From Lama guanicoe (taxonomy: Eukaryota): DNA of 64,000 nt. The DNA is taken from positions 2,246,524 through 2,310,523 of the forward strand of contig MU053873.1 in assembly GCA_013239625.1 (NCBI GenBank), in the 5' to 3' direction. The position numbers were made by a program, and so were the translations under genes. Shown piece by piece: positions 50,216-62,777 of this stretch; positions within the stretch are counted from its first letter, which is position 1, and each line of letters begins with the position of its first letter. The notes under the pieces are model-generated. The model had not been told where the DNA came from. It did no database searches and saw only the letters and a program-made list of their open reading frames with translations.

Positions 50216-52989
50216 TCTAGGTCTGCAGGCTAACTTGAATAATCCCAAAGCAGAGAATGACTTAGGATTGAGGTGTTTTCAACATGGCAGACTTTCCTTA
50301 ATGGCCAGGGTAGTCAGACATCATATTTAACTCAATCTGCTGATCTTAACGTTGCATCACTTGAGTAGACAAGATGGTGGTCTGCTCTGCATGAACCAGA
50401 TTTTTAAAACCATCATTAAATGAGCATCTAGTCCAACTCCTGCTGGTATCAGGAACAGAGAGAGAGGTCTTTGATGCGTATTTCCTCCCACCCTCATTGC
50501 CAGTGACTGACTGCACATTACTCTTGCAGAGCTAGGGTCTAGTGACATGTCTGCTGACATGTGAGTCTGATGCCACCTGGTCAGGCTGAGACCCCTGGTC
50601 CCCAAAGACCACTGTGCTTGTATCTGCCACGTGATGAGACGACTCTGCATCCTACTCTTTGAACACCTGCAAAATCTTCATTGGAACCACACCGTGAGGC
50701 AGTTTGGTCTTTCCCTAGCAAGCTCACGATTGTGAGAGCACATCCCAATGCAGGCTCCAAGCCCCACAGAAGTCTTGGTTATAAGCTGACCACTCCAGTT
50801 AAAAGGCATTTCTTCCAGGTTACAATATAAATGAGAAGACAAAAGCAAGTAGGGAAGAGGACACTTTGGGGTATATCTGTGGGTCCAAATTTGGGAAACA
50901 ATGGCTTCTGCCACCAAGGAGACAGTTTTAAAGGGGCCTTCCTGCCCATGAGCCTGTACAGATGGCTTGCAGCAGCCTTGGAAGCAGGTAGAAGGGCTAC
51001 CTCATTTGAAAGGTGAGGGAGTCTGGGCCTGAGAGAGGGCAAGACACTTGGTAAAGGCCACATGGCTTAAGAAGATCAGAGATGGGACTCAACCTTGCTC
51101 TGGTTCAGAACTGTGCAAGGCTGGGCTCTGGAGACTTCTGCGATATTGCACCTCATAGTCAAGGTCCTCTAATTGTCAGTGTCCTTCCTGTGGTCTCCAA
51201 AGCACAGGAGACACTCCCTGCTCCAAAGACCCTCAAGCATCAGACAGACTTGGAGATAAGTCACATCCAACTGCCCATTTTACAGATGGGAAAAGTGAGT
51301 CGCTGGTGGGTGAGAAACGTTAAGTTGGGAAGATAGTGACAAAGAGGGGGCTGTTTCTGAAGGCCAAGGCAAGGGTCAGAAACCCAGCAGAGTTCCAGGG
51401 TGTGAAAGACCAGAACAAAATCAGGCAGACGACAACCAGGAGAATTCACTGTCCATCACCATGGGGAAGTCTGACCACAAACTAGATAGATGAGCAATTA
51501 ATACTGTTATTAATATTATTATTGTGTGCGGCAGCAGCACAGTGCCTACGAGAGCCAGCTGCAATAACTATTCTCTGTCCCGATTCATTGTAACAATATC
51601 ACCGGACTCCCTAGTGCAGGGCTGGGCATTATTACTATTGATATTATTCACCACATACCCTGGCTCCTAGACGCGATCCATGGATGCATGAATGAGTGAA
51701 TGAATGAATGGTTCTACCATAGTTGCCGGAGTCCCCATCCTGGGCCCCAGGCTGGATCTCTGTCTGCCTCCCCTGATCCAAAGGCGCCTTTCCCATCACC
51801 AGCACGAATCAGACTCCTAATCCACCCTCCTTTGGTTTAAGAGTCATTACAAAGTGCTTAATTAAGGAAGCCTCGCTTAATCACCAAATGTTTGCATGCG
51901 AAACGAGTTCCCCGGGAAGCGGGGGCACTTGACACGTCCTGTACAGAAATAATGACACCGAGCAGGGGGAGGACGGCGCGCCTGGACACAGAGCCCCGAC
52001 ATTTCGTTTGAGAGCCTCACCCATTCATCACTGGAGGGGAATTAAAAGGCTTCAGCTCCAGCCATGTGAGAACTCCCACATTCCAGCCGGATGAATCACA
52101 GGAGGGGGCACTGTCTGGGCTTCTAAAGGCACAGAGCAAGAGGGAGGGGGTTGGAGAGGCTGCTGGGGGCTGGTGGGCCCAGGGGGAAGGGTGCACGGAG
52201 ACTCAGCCCAGAGTGACCACCCCTCCCTGGGCAGCCTTCGGTCTCTCCTTCTCAGTTCTGCCTTGGATAGAGTTTCAACTGTCCTCCCTCTTTTTTCAGG
52301 CAGGGGTTTGCCAATTGTAAACTGACTCGCAGAGTTTGTTATTGGTGGAGGTGGTGGTGATGTGTCTGTACGTCAGAGTGTGTGCTGGGTACCACTTCCC
52401 TCTTTCCTGGATGCCTGTACCTTCCTAATCCACAGCCTCTCTCAGAAGGTACTAGATACTCTCTGCACTAGAAGGTACAAGGATGAACTTACTTTTCTTA
52501 TTTCAATGGCTGTATGTCTACTTTCACACATATCAGGAAAAAATAAATAAATAGAACCAGCACCTCATCCTCCCATTTCATGGGTATTATCCAATCAGAA
52601 TTGTTGGAGAAGAGGCCGTGACTCCAAGGCAGAACAAGGATGTGCCCAGAATCAGGAAGGAGGGACACATCCTGAGGTGGAGGACCCTTTCCCGACACGA
52701 CTCCCTTCTTCCACTCTATGTGTCACAGCCGGGCTCCCGTTCCTGGAGGGGGTCCAGGGGTCTTGTGCCCATTTTGCGGATTAAGAAACTGAGGCCCCGG
52801 AAACACAAAACCACCACTCACCTCTTTTCAGGGATGATGGTCGTGGTATTGTAGTCAGAAAAAAACTGTGAACAATGCTGATAGAAGCAAAAAATAAATA
52901 AATATTAGATGGCTGGGTGTTCTGCCTGGCACAGCCTCCAGGCTGTCTGCGCCTTTCCTTGTCTTTGAGCTATTTTATAACTCTAAGTT

Positions 52990-53380
52990 TAAAAAAAAAA
53001 AACCTAATACTAATACAAATGATTCATGCCATAGAAATGCAAATGAATTTTGTCTAGTGGAATGCAATTGATTATCGCCCTAAAGTTATTGACCAATTTT
53101 GCATCTTCTTGTAAATTAATCCCAGCCTCTCTGATTGCCTGTACATGTGTGTGCTGTTTGAAATCTCCTGTGAACCAGTTGTGCCATCTTTTTGGTTCCC
53201 TCATTGATTAATGAGTTAAATAAATACACTATCCTCTTTGACACGTGTTCATTTTGTAATTGCACGAGAGTTGTGATTCTACCTTTATTTCAAAATTATC
53301 TTTCGACTGTATCCACCCAATAAAACCCTTCTCGTCATGGTTTCCGGAAAGGTCAAGCTAAACACGCAATGTGAGGTGTG
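52990..53380. promoter_or_regulatory. Putative enhancer/CNE (POU, PBX-HOX, OTX, HOX13, E-box motifs)
   Basis: ATGCAAAT 53037-53044, TAATCC 53117-53122, TGATTAAT 53205-53212, CACGTG 53242-53247, CCAATAAAA 53317-53325; AT-rich and repeat-free. Confidence 0.55.
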
Positions 53381-53974
53381 GGTAGTGGAGAAGGGAGTGG
53401 GTCTGGGTAATATTTTGAATCTAAATTGTCGGATGTTTGCGTGTGCTTCTGTTTCGGCGGGCAGTCCATCATTTCTGCCTCCCAGTCTCAGTTGAGCTGC
53501 CTCCTAATCTCATTCGAGCTCCAGTATTGTCATTTGGGGGTGGGTAAGGCCAATGCAGACAACTGAACAAGACTCATGGTTTCCTGGTGTTTCAAAACTA
53601 AGACCCTGGCTGTGGTAACATCCTTAGGGTAGGGTGGGGGCCGGGCTTTCAGAATATTTGTCCAAGGTTATGTTTGGGATGGGGGCTGGAAACAGAAATT
53701 ACACTGACTTACAGAAAAGAAACAGCTGTGGTATCTCCCACACTCCTGAGCTGGCAGGCAGGACTCAGACCTGCCAGAGATGGCAAGGGTGGCCTGAACT
53801 TGCTGACGGCTCCATCTGCAGTGCTTCATTTAAGCCTCACCCTGCCATGAGGTGGGGAATACGGTTAGCCCTGTTGTTGTGACAGACTGAAACAGGGATC
53901 AGAGAGAGTTACTGATTCCCCAAAGCCACACAGCAAGTCAGAGACAGCCTGAGCCCAGAGCCTAAATCATGACC

Positions 53975-54155
53975 ACTGGGGTTTCCAAAATTAGCATCCT
54001 TGGCAGCCCCAGGGGAGCTTGCCAAAATGCAGATGTCAGAGCGTTCCCTGTCCTGAGATTTGTACTCCATGGGTCTTGAGGCAGGGCCCAGGTCTCTGCA
54101 TTTGACCAACCACCAGGTCACTGCAGATGTGTAACCAGCCATGGAGGAGAGGCCC
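53975..54155. mobile_element. MER5-type hAT-Charlie
   Basis: CAGGGGAGCTTGCCAAAATGCAGAT...GGGCCCAGGTCTCTGCATTTGAC...CCAGGTCA. Confidence 0.8.
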
Positions 54156-54869
54156 TCCACTAGGTTAATTCTAGTGCATGAAAGAAGTGCTAGGTTAGAA
54201 AGTGTGTCCAGAAACACATTGTGAACACTGAGAAGGAAAAGAAATTTCCAGCTGGGTCCTGGAGACAAGCCAACGTCATCAGAATCACCCAATGTTCAGG
54301 CGTGGGATGAGGCAAGAAAGTCATGGATCCTCCAAGCTAGAAAGACTCCTAGAACCTTTAGGGAAACCGAGGCCCAGGGCACACAAGGGACTTGCTTAAG
54401 GCCCCACAGCTGGAAACGGGCAAAGCAAAGGCTGGCACCCAGGAACCCTAGCACTTAGTGTCTAAATATCCCAGGTCCGTCTCCCCTCATAGGGGCAAGA
54501 GCCACGCTGCCCCCAGCGCCCCCCAGTGGACATGAGCTCCATTCACCTAGAATGTTAATAGGCTCGTGTGTGCTGCCCACTTTAAAGGCCACCTCCCTTC
54601 CCCATCTCACTTGCTCTCTTGCCTAAGGGTGCTTCCTGAGATCACCTCCCAGATAAGCTTCTTGTACAGATTCCTTGTCTCAGGGTGGGCTCCTGGAGAC
54701 CCTCCGAGATAGAGCCCGCTTACTGATCCACCCACATCCATATGACCTGCAAGGCACATCGACTCAATCTTTAAAACAGCTCCTTAACTGAGCCTAGAGT
54801 ATAGACTTCATCCTCTTACAATATAGACTGGATTACCCCACTCTGGGGCCTCCAATTCTCAATCCCTCC

Positions 54870-55066
54870 ACAAGGACCGGCAAACTTTTCATGAAGGGCT
54901 AGCTATTCAATATTTTTGGCTTTGTGAGCCATATGGTCTCTCTTATAGCTACTCAACTCTGCAGGTGGAGTGTGAAGTCAGCCGTAAGCAATATGTGCAT
55001 GGCTGTGTTACAATAAAACTTTATTTACAAACACAGATGGCCATCCTGAGGGCCAGTCTGTGCTGA
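54870..55066 (+). mobile_element. MER58A (hAT-Charlie)
   Basis: GGCAAACTTTTC...AATATTTTTGGCTTTGTGAGCCATATGGTCTCT...CTACTCAACTCTG...CAATAAAACTTTATTTACAAA. Confidence 0.9.
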
Positions 55067-55349
55067 GCGACAGGCTCGGGCCTCCTGTTGTAACACTCAG
55101 GGCCTTTCATACTCTGCCCCTGCCCTCCGCTCCAGCCTCATGTTTTAAATACTTGTTGACTGTCCACAAAGTGCATCCGTGACCCAGTTTAGGCTCTCAT
55201 TATGAAGACTTTCGGAATCTCTCCTTCTGGGGAAAACCACTAGTTACTCCACAAAACAATCAGATAGTTTGCTTAAACAGAAATATTTCCCCCAAGACTG
55301 AACTACACTGCTCGTGGTGGAGATCCATTGACTCAGTCTCACAGTCCTC

Positions 55350-55615
55350 GTCCACACCAGCCACAGAACCCCTCTCTCCTGTGGGAAACCTATCCACTGT
55401 GGGCCTGATGTGGCTGACCCCACTCCCAGCCATAGGAGCCACACCTGACCCAGGCCTGGCCAATCAGAGCCCTCCATTCCCCCAGTCATGTGATGCTTCG
55501 GGGAGAAGCTCATGCCCCAGTGAAATTCTTCCCTAGTTTTTTTCTCCCGGTGGGCTGCTAGGCAAGGGGGACACAGAAGTTCAGGGAGGCTGATGGTCAT
55601 CTTAGCCATCATTCA
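55350..55615 (+). mobile_element. MaLR LTR fragment (MLT1K-like)
   Basis: GGCTGACCCCACTCCCAG...TGACCCAGGCCTGGCCAATCAGAG...CATTCCCC. Confidence 0.7.
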
Positions 55616-57189
55616 GAGCCTATTTAAAAAAATGAAGGCAAGAGATGGAGAGAAAGGGGAAACCCTCATGAACGCAGGTAGTGTCGAAGCACCTACCACG
55701 TGCCAGGTTCTGAGCTCGTTTCTGGTGACCCCAGGATGAGTCAAACCTGGTGGTCCCTGCTTTCAAATGGCTCAAGGACTGGAGAGGGAAGGAGACAGGG
55801 CAATCCATAATTATAATTCACTGTGACAAGCTCTCTGACACACAAAAAAAGTCTATGAGAAAAGAAAAGTCTCTGAGAGGGGCACGAGAACCTGGGGACT
55901 GGCCAGGATGCTTCCTGGGTAGGCGGGGGCCAGACTTTCTGGGAGCTGCGCTTGTTGGCAATGCAGGCCCAGCACGACCCGGGCTGCCTTTGGGAGACGT
56001 CTCCCAGGCTGCAGCCTCAAAGGTGGGGCTGGTTTCCTCGACACCCACCAGTGCACACATGCGGCTCTGCCGGGCCTCTCTCTGGCTCCCCTTCGCCCTC
56101 CGGTCCTGAACCTGGCCTTTTCCAGGAATCCAATAGCTGTCACTAAGCTGTGACTCTCAGTGACTCCTCCTCACCAAGGAAAGCTCCTTGGTGCTGCCAG
56201 GAAAACAGATCCGGGTGGGGTGCCCGAGCGCAGGACAGAGCTTCTGCAGGGGACAGATGCTTCTGCCTCTGAGAGACTGAGGAGAACAAGGAAGACGGCT
56301 TTGGCTCCGATTCCTGGAAGGAGAGGCTGACCACTCACCAGGAGGCATGCAGAGGGAAGAGACGACTCGAGGTCTCTTCCAAACTTGGTCATCTTGCTTT
56401 GGAAGCGACTGGGTTTGCTCAGCCTTGGGTGGACAGAGGAGATACTGCAGGAAGGGATTTGGGCTCCCTGGCTGCAGAGAGTGGGGGCATTTGGGGCCGT
56501 TAGGCTAGCTCTTAAGCATAGACTTGGGGAGAAACAGGAGAGCAGCTGAGAATCCAGCCTCTCCAACATAACCCCTCTTGAAATAGAGATTTGTCAGGTA
56601 GCTGCTGGCACAGAGGTGGAAGACTGGTATTCCAGTCCTGCTCCGAGACTCTCCCCAACTGCCTTTGGTTTCTCGACTCCAACCGCCAAATCACACCCTG
56701 CACTTGTCAAACAGTCCCGCCTTAGACACCTGTCATGATCATTACTTGGCACATCGTGTGTCCTCCTTGGCTCTGAGCTTTGAGAGGGACCCCGGAGCCC
56801 GGCACTCGGTATCTCCTGAATGGAGGAAGAAATGATCACGGGGGGCTCTCTGTCGAGTTGTAGATACGTCATTTTTTTCCTCTCAGCCTCAGTCTCCACA
56901 TCTGTCACATGGGAACGATGATCTCTCTGGCAGTTTGTGTGTGCCCAGTGCGGAGCTGGGCTTCAGTAGGTGATGGCCCATCCAGCAGAGTCAACGTCCC
57001 TGGCGACAACATGGCTGTAGAAGAGGCCACGCACCTGGCTGATGTGCTCTGCTCTTTGTCTTTGAAATCAGGAGTCTGGACACACTGCAGTCAGGTCTTC
57101 CTGCAGTTCTCATCTTCCCTCTGTTGTTTTACGTGTACTGAACCCCTACTACATCCTGGGCACGTAAGAAATAAAACTTCTTAAAGGCT

Positions 57190-57468
57190 CCAAGTTGGGT
57201 GCCCAGGATGCTGTGTAGTACAGAATTTGGCATGCACACCATCAATCAGCAAGAGTCTTCGGATGGCACCTGTGCTGGGGAGGGAAGATGGACAATGGAT
57301 GGAGACAAGTTGAACCTCGACGCAGGCAGGACACAAGCCTAGATCAACTCCACAGGCAGCCCTGGAGCTAGGCTGGCTCTTCAGAGTCAGTGACACTAGT
57401 CTCAGCCTCTGGGCCAAGAGGCCCTCCTTGAAGGGGAATCTGGGCGGTGCACCATGGTGTCCACGGCA
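57190..57468 (-). mobile_element. ERVL solo LTR (LTR16-like)
   Basis: GCCCTGGAGCTAGGCTGGCTCTTCAGAG...GAAGGGGAATCTGGGCGGTGCACCATGGTGTCCACGGCA, reverse complement of an LTR16-like 5' end. Confidence 0.7.
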
Positions 57469-58537
57469 CAACTGTCCCCCAAAATAGGTGCCATTTTCTC
57501 CACTTACGGATGATGACACTGAGGCTCATACGGATGAACCAGTCTCGCCCAAGGACGCACAGACAGGAAGCGCCAGGACTTTCTGCCTCCGGAGCCACCC
57601 ATCTCTCTCACCACCGCCCTGGTGTTGCGCAGACCTGCGCCAAGCAGCCAAAAGCACAAACCCCTCGCCCGAGTCACTTCCCGTCAGCTGGCAGGCCTGT
57701 CATCCAGCGCCTCTCGGTTTTGCCTGAAGCCTGCGGCGAGGTGGCTTCCCAGCCCAAACCCATCCATCCGTTTGTGTTTATTCTGTGCACAGCCAACAGC
57801 TGCCGGGAGCTGGGGCTGCCAACTCTGCTGCGCCTTCTACACGTATCTCTCCACCCACTTCAGAGACTCGTCCTCTGCGAGCTTTTTCTGGGAAGCCTAG
57901 CTTCCCTCCCCACCTCACCCCACGCCACTTTCTCCTTGCCAGCAATGTGGCTGGATTTCAGAGGAGCCCTGGATGGGACGGGGGAACTGGAAAAAACAAC
58001 ATCCAGGATGTGGTGGGGGGCAGGGTGAGGAGCGACTGCAAAAATCCTTTAGATTCTGCTTTGGATGCTAGCCTGGTTTCATTTAAAATTTCTATCTTTG
58101 TACAAACGCAGAGCTGTATATACTGCAGGATATGGGCAGTGAAATGCCTGGGTTTATTGGCGTGGGTTTGGAGCATGGATTTTCAAGTAATGCAGCCTGG
58201 GGGTTTGATCTGTACTTTGCTGTGTGACCTTGATCAGATGTCTGCACCTCTCTGAGCTTCTAATTCCTCATCTGTGAAGTGAGTTAGTGATCTCAACACT
58301 GAAGTCCATTTGGAGGACTGAACATGAGACTGTCGGGGGGCTACAGTGGCCCTAATACCTACTTAATAAATGAGATCTGGTATCAGTATGGCTCTGTTGT
58401 ACTTTCTCCAACCAGACTATCGATGGACCCTCCTCCACTGTTCCAAATCCTCACTCCAGGCGGGATGGCGCTGTGCTTACTGCACGGGACTTTCATCTGC
58501 CACGCTTCAGCTCTTGGTTCACACATCACTTCCCCTA

Positions 58538-58867
58538 ACGCTGGTTGACAAACTTATTCTGTAAAGAGCCAAATAGTAATTATTTCAGTCTTGTGGGACC
58601 CACAGTCTCTGTTGCCACAACTCAGCTCTGCATCACAGCTCAAAAGTGGCCACAGGCAATTCACACACAGATGGGCGTGGCTGGGTTTTGATAAAGCTTT
58701 ATCTGTGTACCTGACATTTGAATTGCCTGTAATTATCACGTGACATGAAATATTATTTTGAGTTTAAACATTATTTTAAAATGTAAAAATCATTCTGGGC
58801 TTCAGAACAGTACTCAGGCAGGCAGTGGGTGGGATTTGACCTGTGGGCCATAGTTGGCTGCTCCCTG
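58538..58867 (+). mobile_element. MER58B (hAT-Charlie)
   Basis: CAAACTTATTCTGTAAAGAGCCAAATAGTAA...ACATTTGAATT...ATCACGTGACATGAAATATTATT...AAAATGTAAAAATCATTCT...GGCCATAGTTGGCTGCTCCCTG. Confidence 0.9.
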
Positions 58868-59149
58868 CTCTACGAGGTTTTTGTCCCTGTCCCCCAGCCA
58901 GGCCACATCAAGGGCCCTTCATGGAGGCTTCTACAGTGTCCCTGAGTTACCCTGTCACAGCACTGAACACAGGCCATTGAATTTACCGGTTAACTCTTCA
59001 GCAGACTGAGAACAATTTGCGGGAGGCACCACATCTCAATCAAACCCTCAGTTTAAACCCTCAGCACCAAGCACACAGTAGGTGCTCAATAAAGCAGGTC
59101 ACACAAGCCCATATGTTTATGAACAGACCCTTAAAACATCTGCATGGAG

Positions 59150-59270
59150 CACATTTTATAATAAGTCCCATTTTACAGATGTGGAAACTGAGGCTCAGAG
59201 AGGGAAAGCGATTATCTCAATGTCACACAGCTGCAAAACAAAATGACCGACCTGAGACTCCAATCCCCAA
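59150..59270 (-). mobile_element. MIR SINE
   Basis: CCCATTTTACAGATGTGGAAACTGAGGCTCAGAGAGG core. Confidence 0.9.
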
Positions 59271-59899
59271 AGAGAGAATGACAGACACAGTTAGCATTAG
59301 TTGAGCAATCACTACCCACCAGACACAGCGCCGGGTGCTCTGCACGCTTACCTCACCCCCAGATCACGGAGCACCCACTGTGTGCCAGCACTCAGTGACA
59401 CTGTTGGAACCTGCCCTGCCAGAGCTCTAGACAGTGAGCTACACTGGACGCAGACCACACCCGTCCTGCTCCCTGGAGCCTAGACCCACACTTGGGCACA
59501 GAGAAGGGGGCTCAAAGGTCACCTGTGGCACAATGAGGGTCCATCCCAGGCCAGGCACTGCGTTTGGCAGTTTCCATATTTAAGTCCTCCCTCTTCTGTC
59601 ACCATCTCCCGGGAGCACAACCTGCAAATCAGCTGAAAACCTAAGTTGATTACATTTTTCTTTAAAAAAAGAAAGACAAAGAAAAGCAAAAAGAAGCAGT
59701 GACATCCGCCCCAGCCGCAGCAGCATCTGCTGAGTCAGATGGGTTATCCATCCGCAATAATCGATGGCTCATAATGGAGCGATTTTCCTCCTCCAAATAC
59801 ATAAATGAATAAGGAAAGGCGCACGGACGAAAAAGGACAGCCTAGGCAAAGATGCCTCCGGCTGGGAAAAGTCGCCTCCCTGAGACAGATGTCCACGTC

Positions 59900-60270
59900 C
59901 GTGGGGAGATACCAGGGGAGGTGCAGGGGGAGGCAGACCCCCGCCTCCCGCAAGTGCGCCGCAGCCCGCAAGGTCCCCGCCCCAGAGGAAGTGGGTCCAG
60001 CATGGACGCCTGCTGTCCAAGGCGGCCCTCGCGCCAAGGGGCTCCCGACAGTGGGTTGGATTCCCAGCCCAAATCGTGGCCCGGCGGCCTCTCCACGAAG
60101 CAGGCCCGAGTGGCAGGAGGCTTCCCCGGGAGAACCGGGGCTTTTATCGCTCGCACCGGCTTCTTGGCGGAGACCCCTGGCCCCACTTCACAGGCGCAGG
60201 CGCAGCCCCCTCGGCGGAACCCTCGCGAATCCCACTTGTTGACGGCGGCCTTGTAGCCGGATTTAATGGT
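59900..60270. promoter_or_regulatory. Small CpG island with no visible associated gene
   Basis: Hand count of about 31 CpG in 59941-60260 (320 bp) at roughly 70% GC, far above the rest of the window. Confidence 0.7.
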
Positions 60271-61924
60271 GGAATAATATTTACACAGCAAACTCCTCTG
60301 GAGGTGTCCTAAACACCGTAAAAGGGATTTTCGGAGCTTAATGAGCCTTAGTGAAGTCAAGACAGGATAATGCGGCAACTGGTGGCTCTAATCTGATCTG
60401 GCACCTTCTGCGCAGTAAGACTTAGCGGGCGGAACCGTTTGGAGAGCTGGCGAAAGTTGCTTTTTCACTCTGCCTCCCCTCCTCCCCGCTTCTTCCCCGC
60501 TCCCTGAACTCTTGTCATACTGTTAGGAGCACATGCCCTGCAGTGGCCGCAGCTCCGCTGTTACAGGCGCCAGCAGAGCCCGGGCTCATGACCTTGGGTT
60601 CACTCACCGATTTTTTAACAGATGAGTGTTAGGGAAGGAGTGGGCGGTGAGGGAGACGGACCTCATCACTTCTTCTTTCTTTTTTCTGAAGGCAGCACAG
60701 AACTAAGCTTAAAACAAAAACAAAAACAAAAACAAACAACTTGGATTTTAAGATGTCAGTTAACAGGCTCAGCCACAACCCCTTCCTTCATCTGAACCCG
60801 CAGAGTTGCTGCAGGGAAGGTGAGCGAGGCGTCAGATGCGCAGGCTCTAGAGCCGTAGCTTCAAATCCTGCCTCTGCCACCTCCTGGCTGAGTCACTTCC
60901 CTCTCCATACCTCAGTTTTGTCATCTGTAAAACGGGAATGATGGGCCATACCTATCACGGGGCAAGAATGTGAGTCACATACGTGGAACGCCTGGCCCCG
61001 GAGCTTAGCCAGAGGGTAGAGTTCAGAAAAATGAGTGCAAACGTCTTGTCTGACCTCAGTGTCATCTGCAAAATGGGACTCCTACTATTACCTTCCTCTG
61101 AGAATCCAAGGAGATAAACCAGCACAGTCTAGCTTGGATTCGGATGTAAGCATCCGGCTCCCAAAGCCAGTGCCTGTTACAGCTTTTGCCTTCACTGTGG
61201 TTGACTGGCATCTGAGAGGCTGCCTGAGAATGGAGTACCCTGAGACTTGAGACACGCGCGCTTCAATTCCTTCACCTCCCCACATCCACGCTCAGGTCCT
61301 GAGCCCTGTGCCATGTTGATCCAGGAAGGGGAGCTGCTCCTACAGAACCAAGGCAGACTGGGTGTCTAGGACTTGAGAACCAGGGCGTTCCTTCAGAGTC
61401 CTCTAGTGGGATGTTCTGGTCACTGGGAGAGGCAGCTGCTTGGCAGTGTGCGTTTAGGGGCCCAGGCAGAGGGCAGTGGGTACTCTGATCAGTGCAGTTC
61501 CAGATGGGAGGGGGCCCTGTGAGCTCCAGGCAGACCTCATGGACCCACTGGGGCGTCCTCTAGGCCTATTGTGGGGTGACTAAGCCTGGTTTTGAATCTT
61601 CCCCTTGTTAGCTGTGTTCCCTTGGGAAATCTACTTACTCTCTCTGACCTTCAGTCTCCTCATCCACAAAAAGGGAAAAAGAAAGTTCTCACTTCAGAGG
61701 GTTGCTGTGAGGTTTGAATGGGATGGTCCATATCCAGCTCCTGGCAAAAAGTATTTTTGACCTCAAGGACTCATGACTCCCAGTGTCCTCAAACATATGC
61801 GCTTAGGGCCTGAAGTTTCTAAGAAAGAGCCAGATGCATGCCCTTTTACTACCTCCAACTTAAGAGAATCCCAGAGAGGGCCTCTGATTGGTCTGTCCCC
61901 ATCATGCAACTAGCCTTTAGCCTA

Positions 61925-62219
61925 TAGGCATAAACTGCCTAGTTCAGTTCCACACTGCCATCACAAAGCGAGTATCGCAATAAAGTGAGTCACATGCATT
62001 TTCTGGCTCCCCAGGGCATGCAAAAGTTATGTTTACATTATACGGTAGTCTACTAAGGACGCAATAGCATTATATCTAAAAAACAATGTACCTAACCTTA
62101 ATCTAAAAATACTTAATTGCTAAGAAATGCTAACTGTCATCTGACAACACTGGACTGCCACAAACCTTCAATTTGTAAAAATCGCTGTATCTGTGAAGCA
62201 CAGTAAAGAGATATGCCTG
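61925..62219 (-). mobile_element. Tigger1 internal-deletion derivative (Tigger1a_Art-like MITE, Tc1/mariner)
   Basis: Ends TA|TAGGCATA...TATGCCTG|TA (TIRs plus TA TSD); internal GCCACAAACCTTCAATTTGTAAAAA and ATCGCAATAAAGTGAGTCACA match the two ends of Tigger1. Confidence 0.88.
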
Positions 62220-62777
62220 TAACTGCTGGGTCCGAAGGGGTGGCTGTGGATACATTATGAGGGTTTTTGTCTTAAGATAAAAGGGAGAGTGGGTGCATTT
62301 CTGGAAGGAGGGGAACAATCATCACTAAAGACCATTTCAACGGCTCTGTGACCTCGGGTAAATTTCTAAACACCTCTGAGTTCAGTCTGAGGTCTGGAAA
62401 ACGGTCACAAAGATATCTGTTTTCTGTTGATTTGTCTTGAAGATGGAGTGGAAGAAAGTACATGGCACAAGGCCTGGCATATGGTCTAGCTCTATAACTG
62501 TTTACTGAATCTACATCGAGCCTGTGTTGATTGCTGGTGCCATTAGTCCCAGGGCCTCCTGAACGGTTAGTAATTATGCAGGAATAAGGAGTCATTTACT
62601 CAGTCACTCCTTATCCTCTTCCAGGAGTTCAGAGACAGAACTGCGTGTAGGAGATGAGTCTGTATGTTCCCCTGGAATTTCTAAGGTTAATTCATTTTTT
62701 ATATCTTTAGTCTAAAGACAATCAAATGGGAGTGAGGAAGCTGATGGATTTTGTCTCAAACTTAGATGGGTCCTCCT

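Noticed and set aside
59744..60378. Several 130-180-aa ORFs over the CpG island
   Set aside because: Stop-codon depletion from high GC leaves multiple frames on both strands open; Arg/Pro/Gly-rich with no domain
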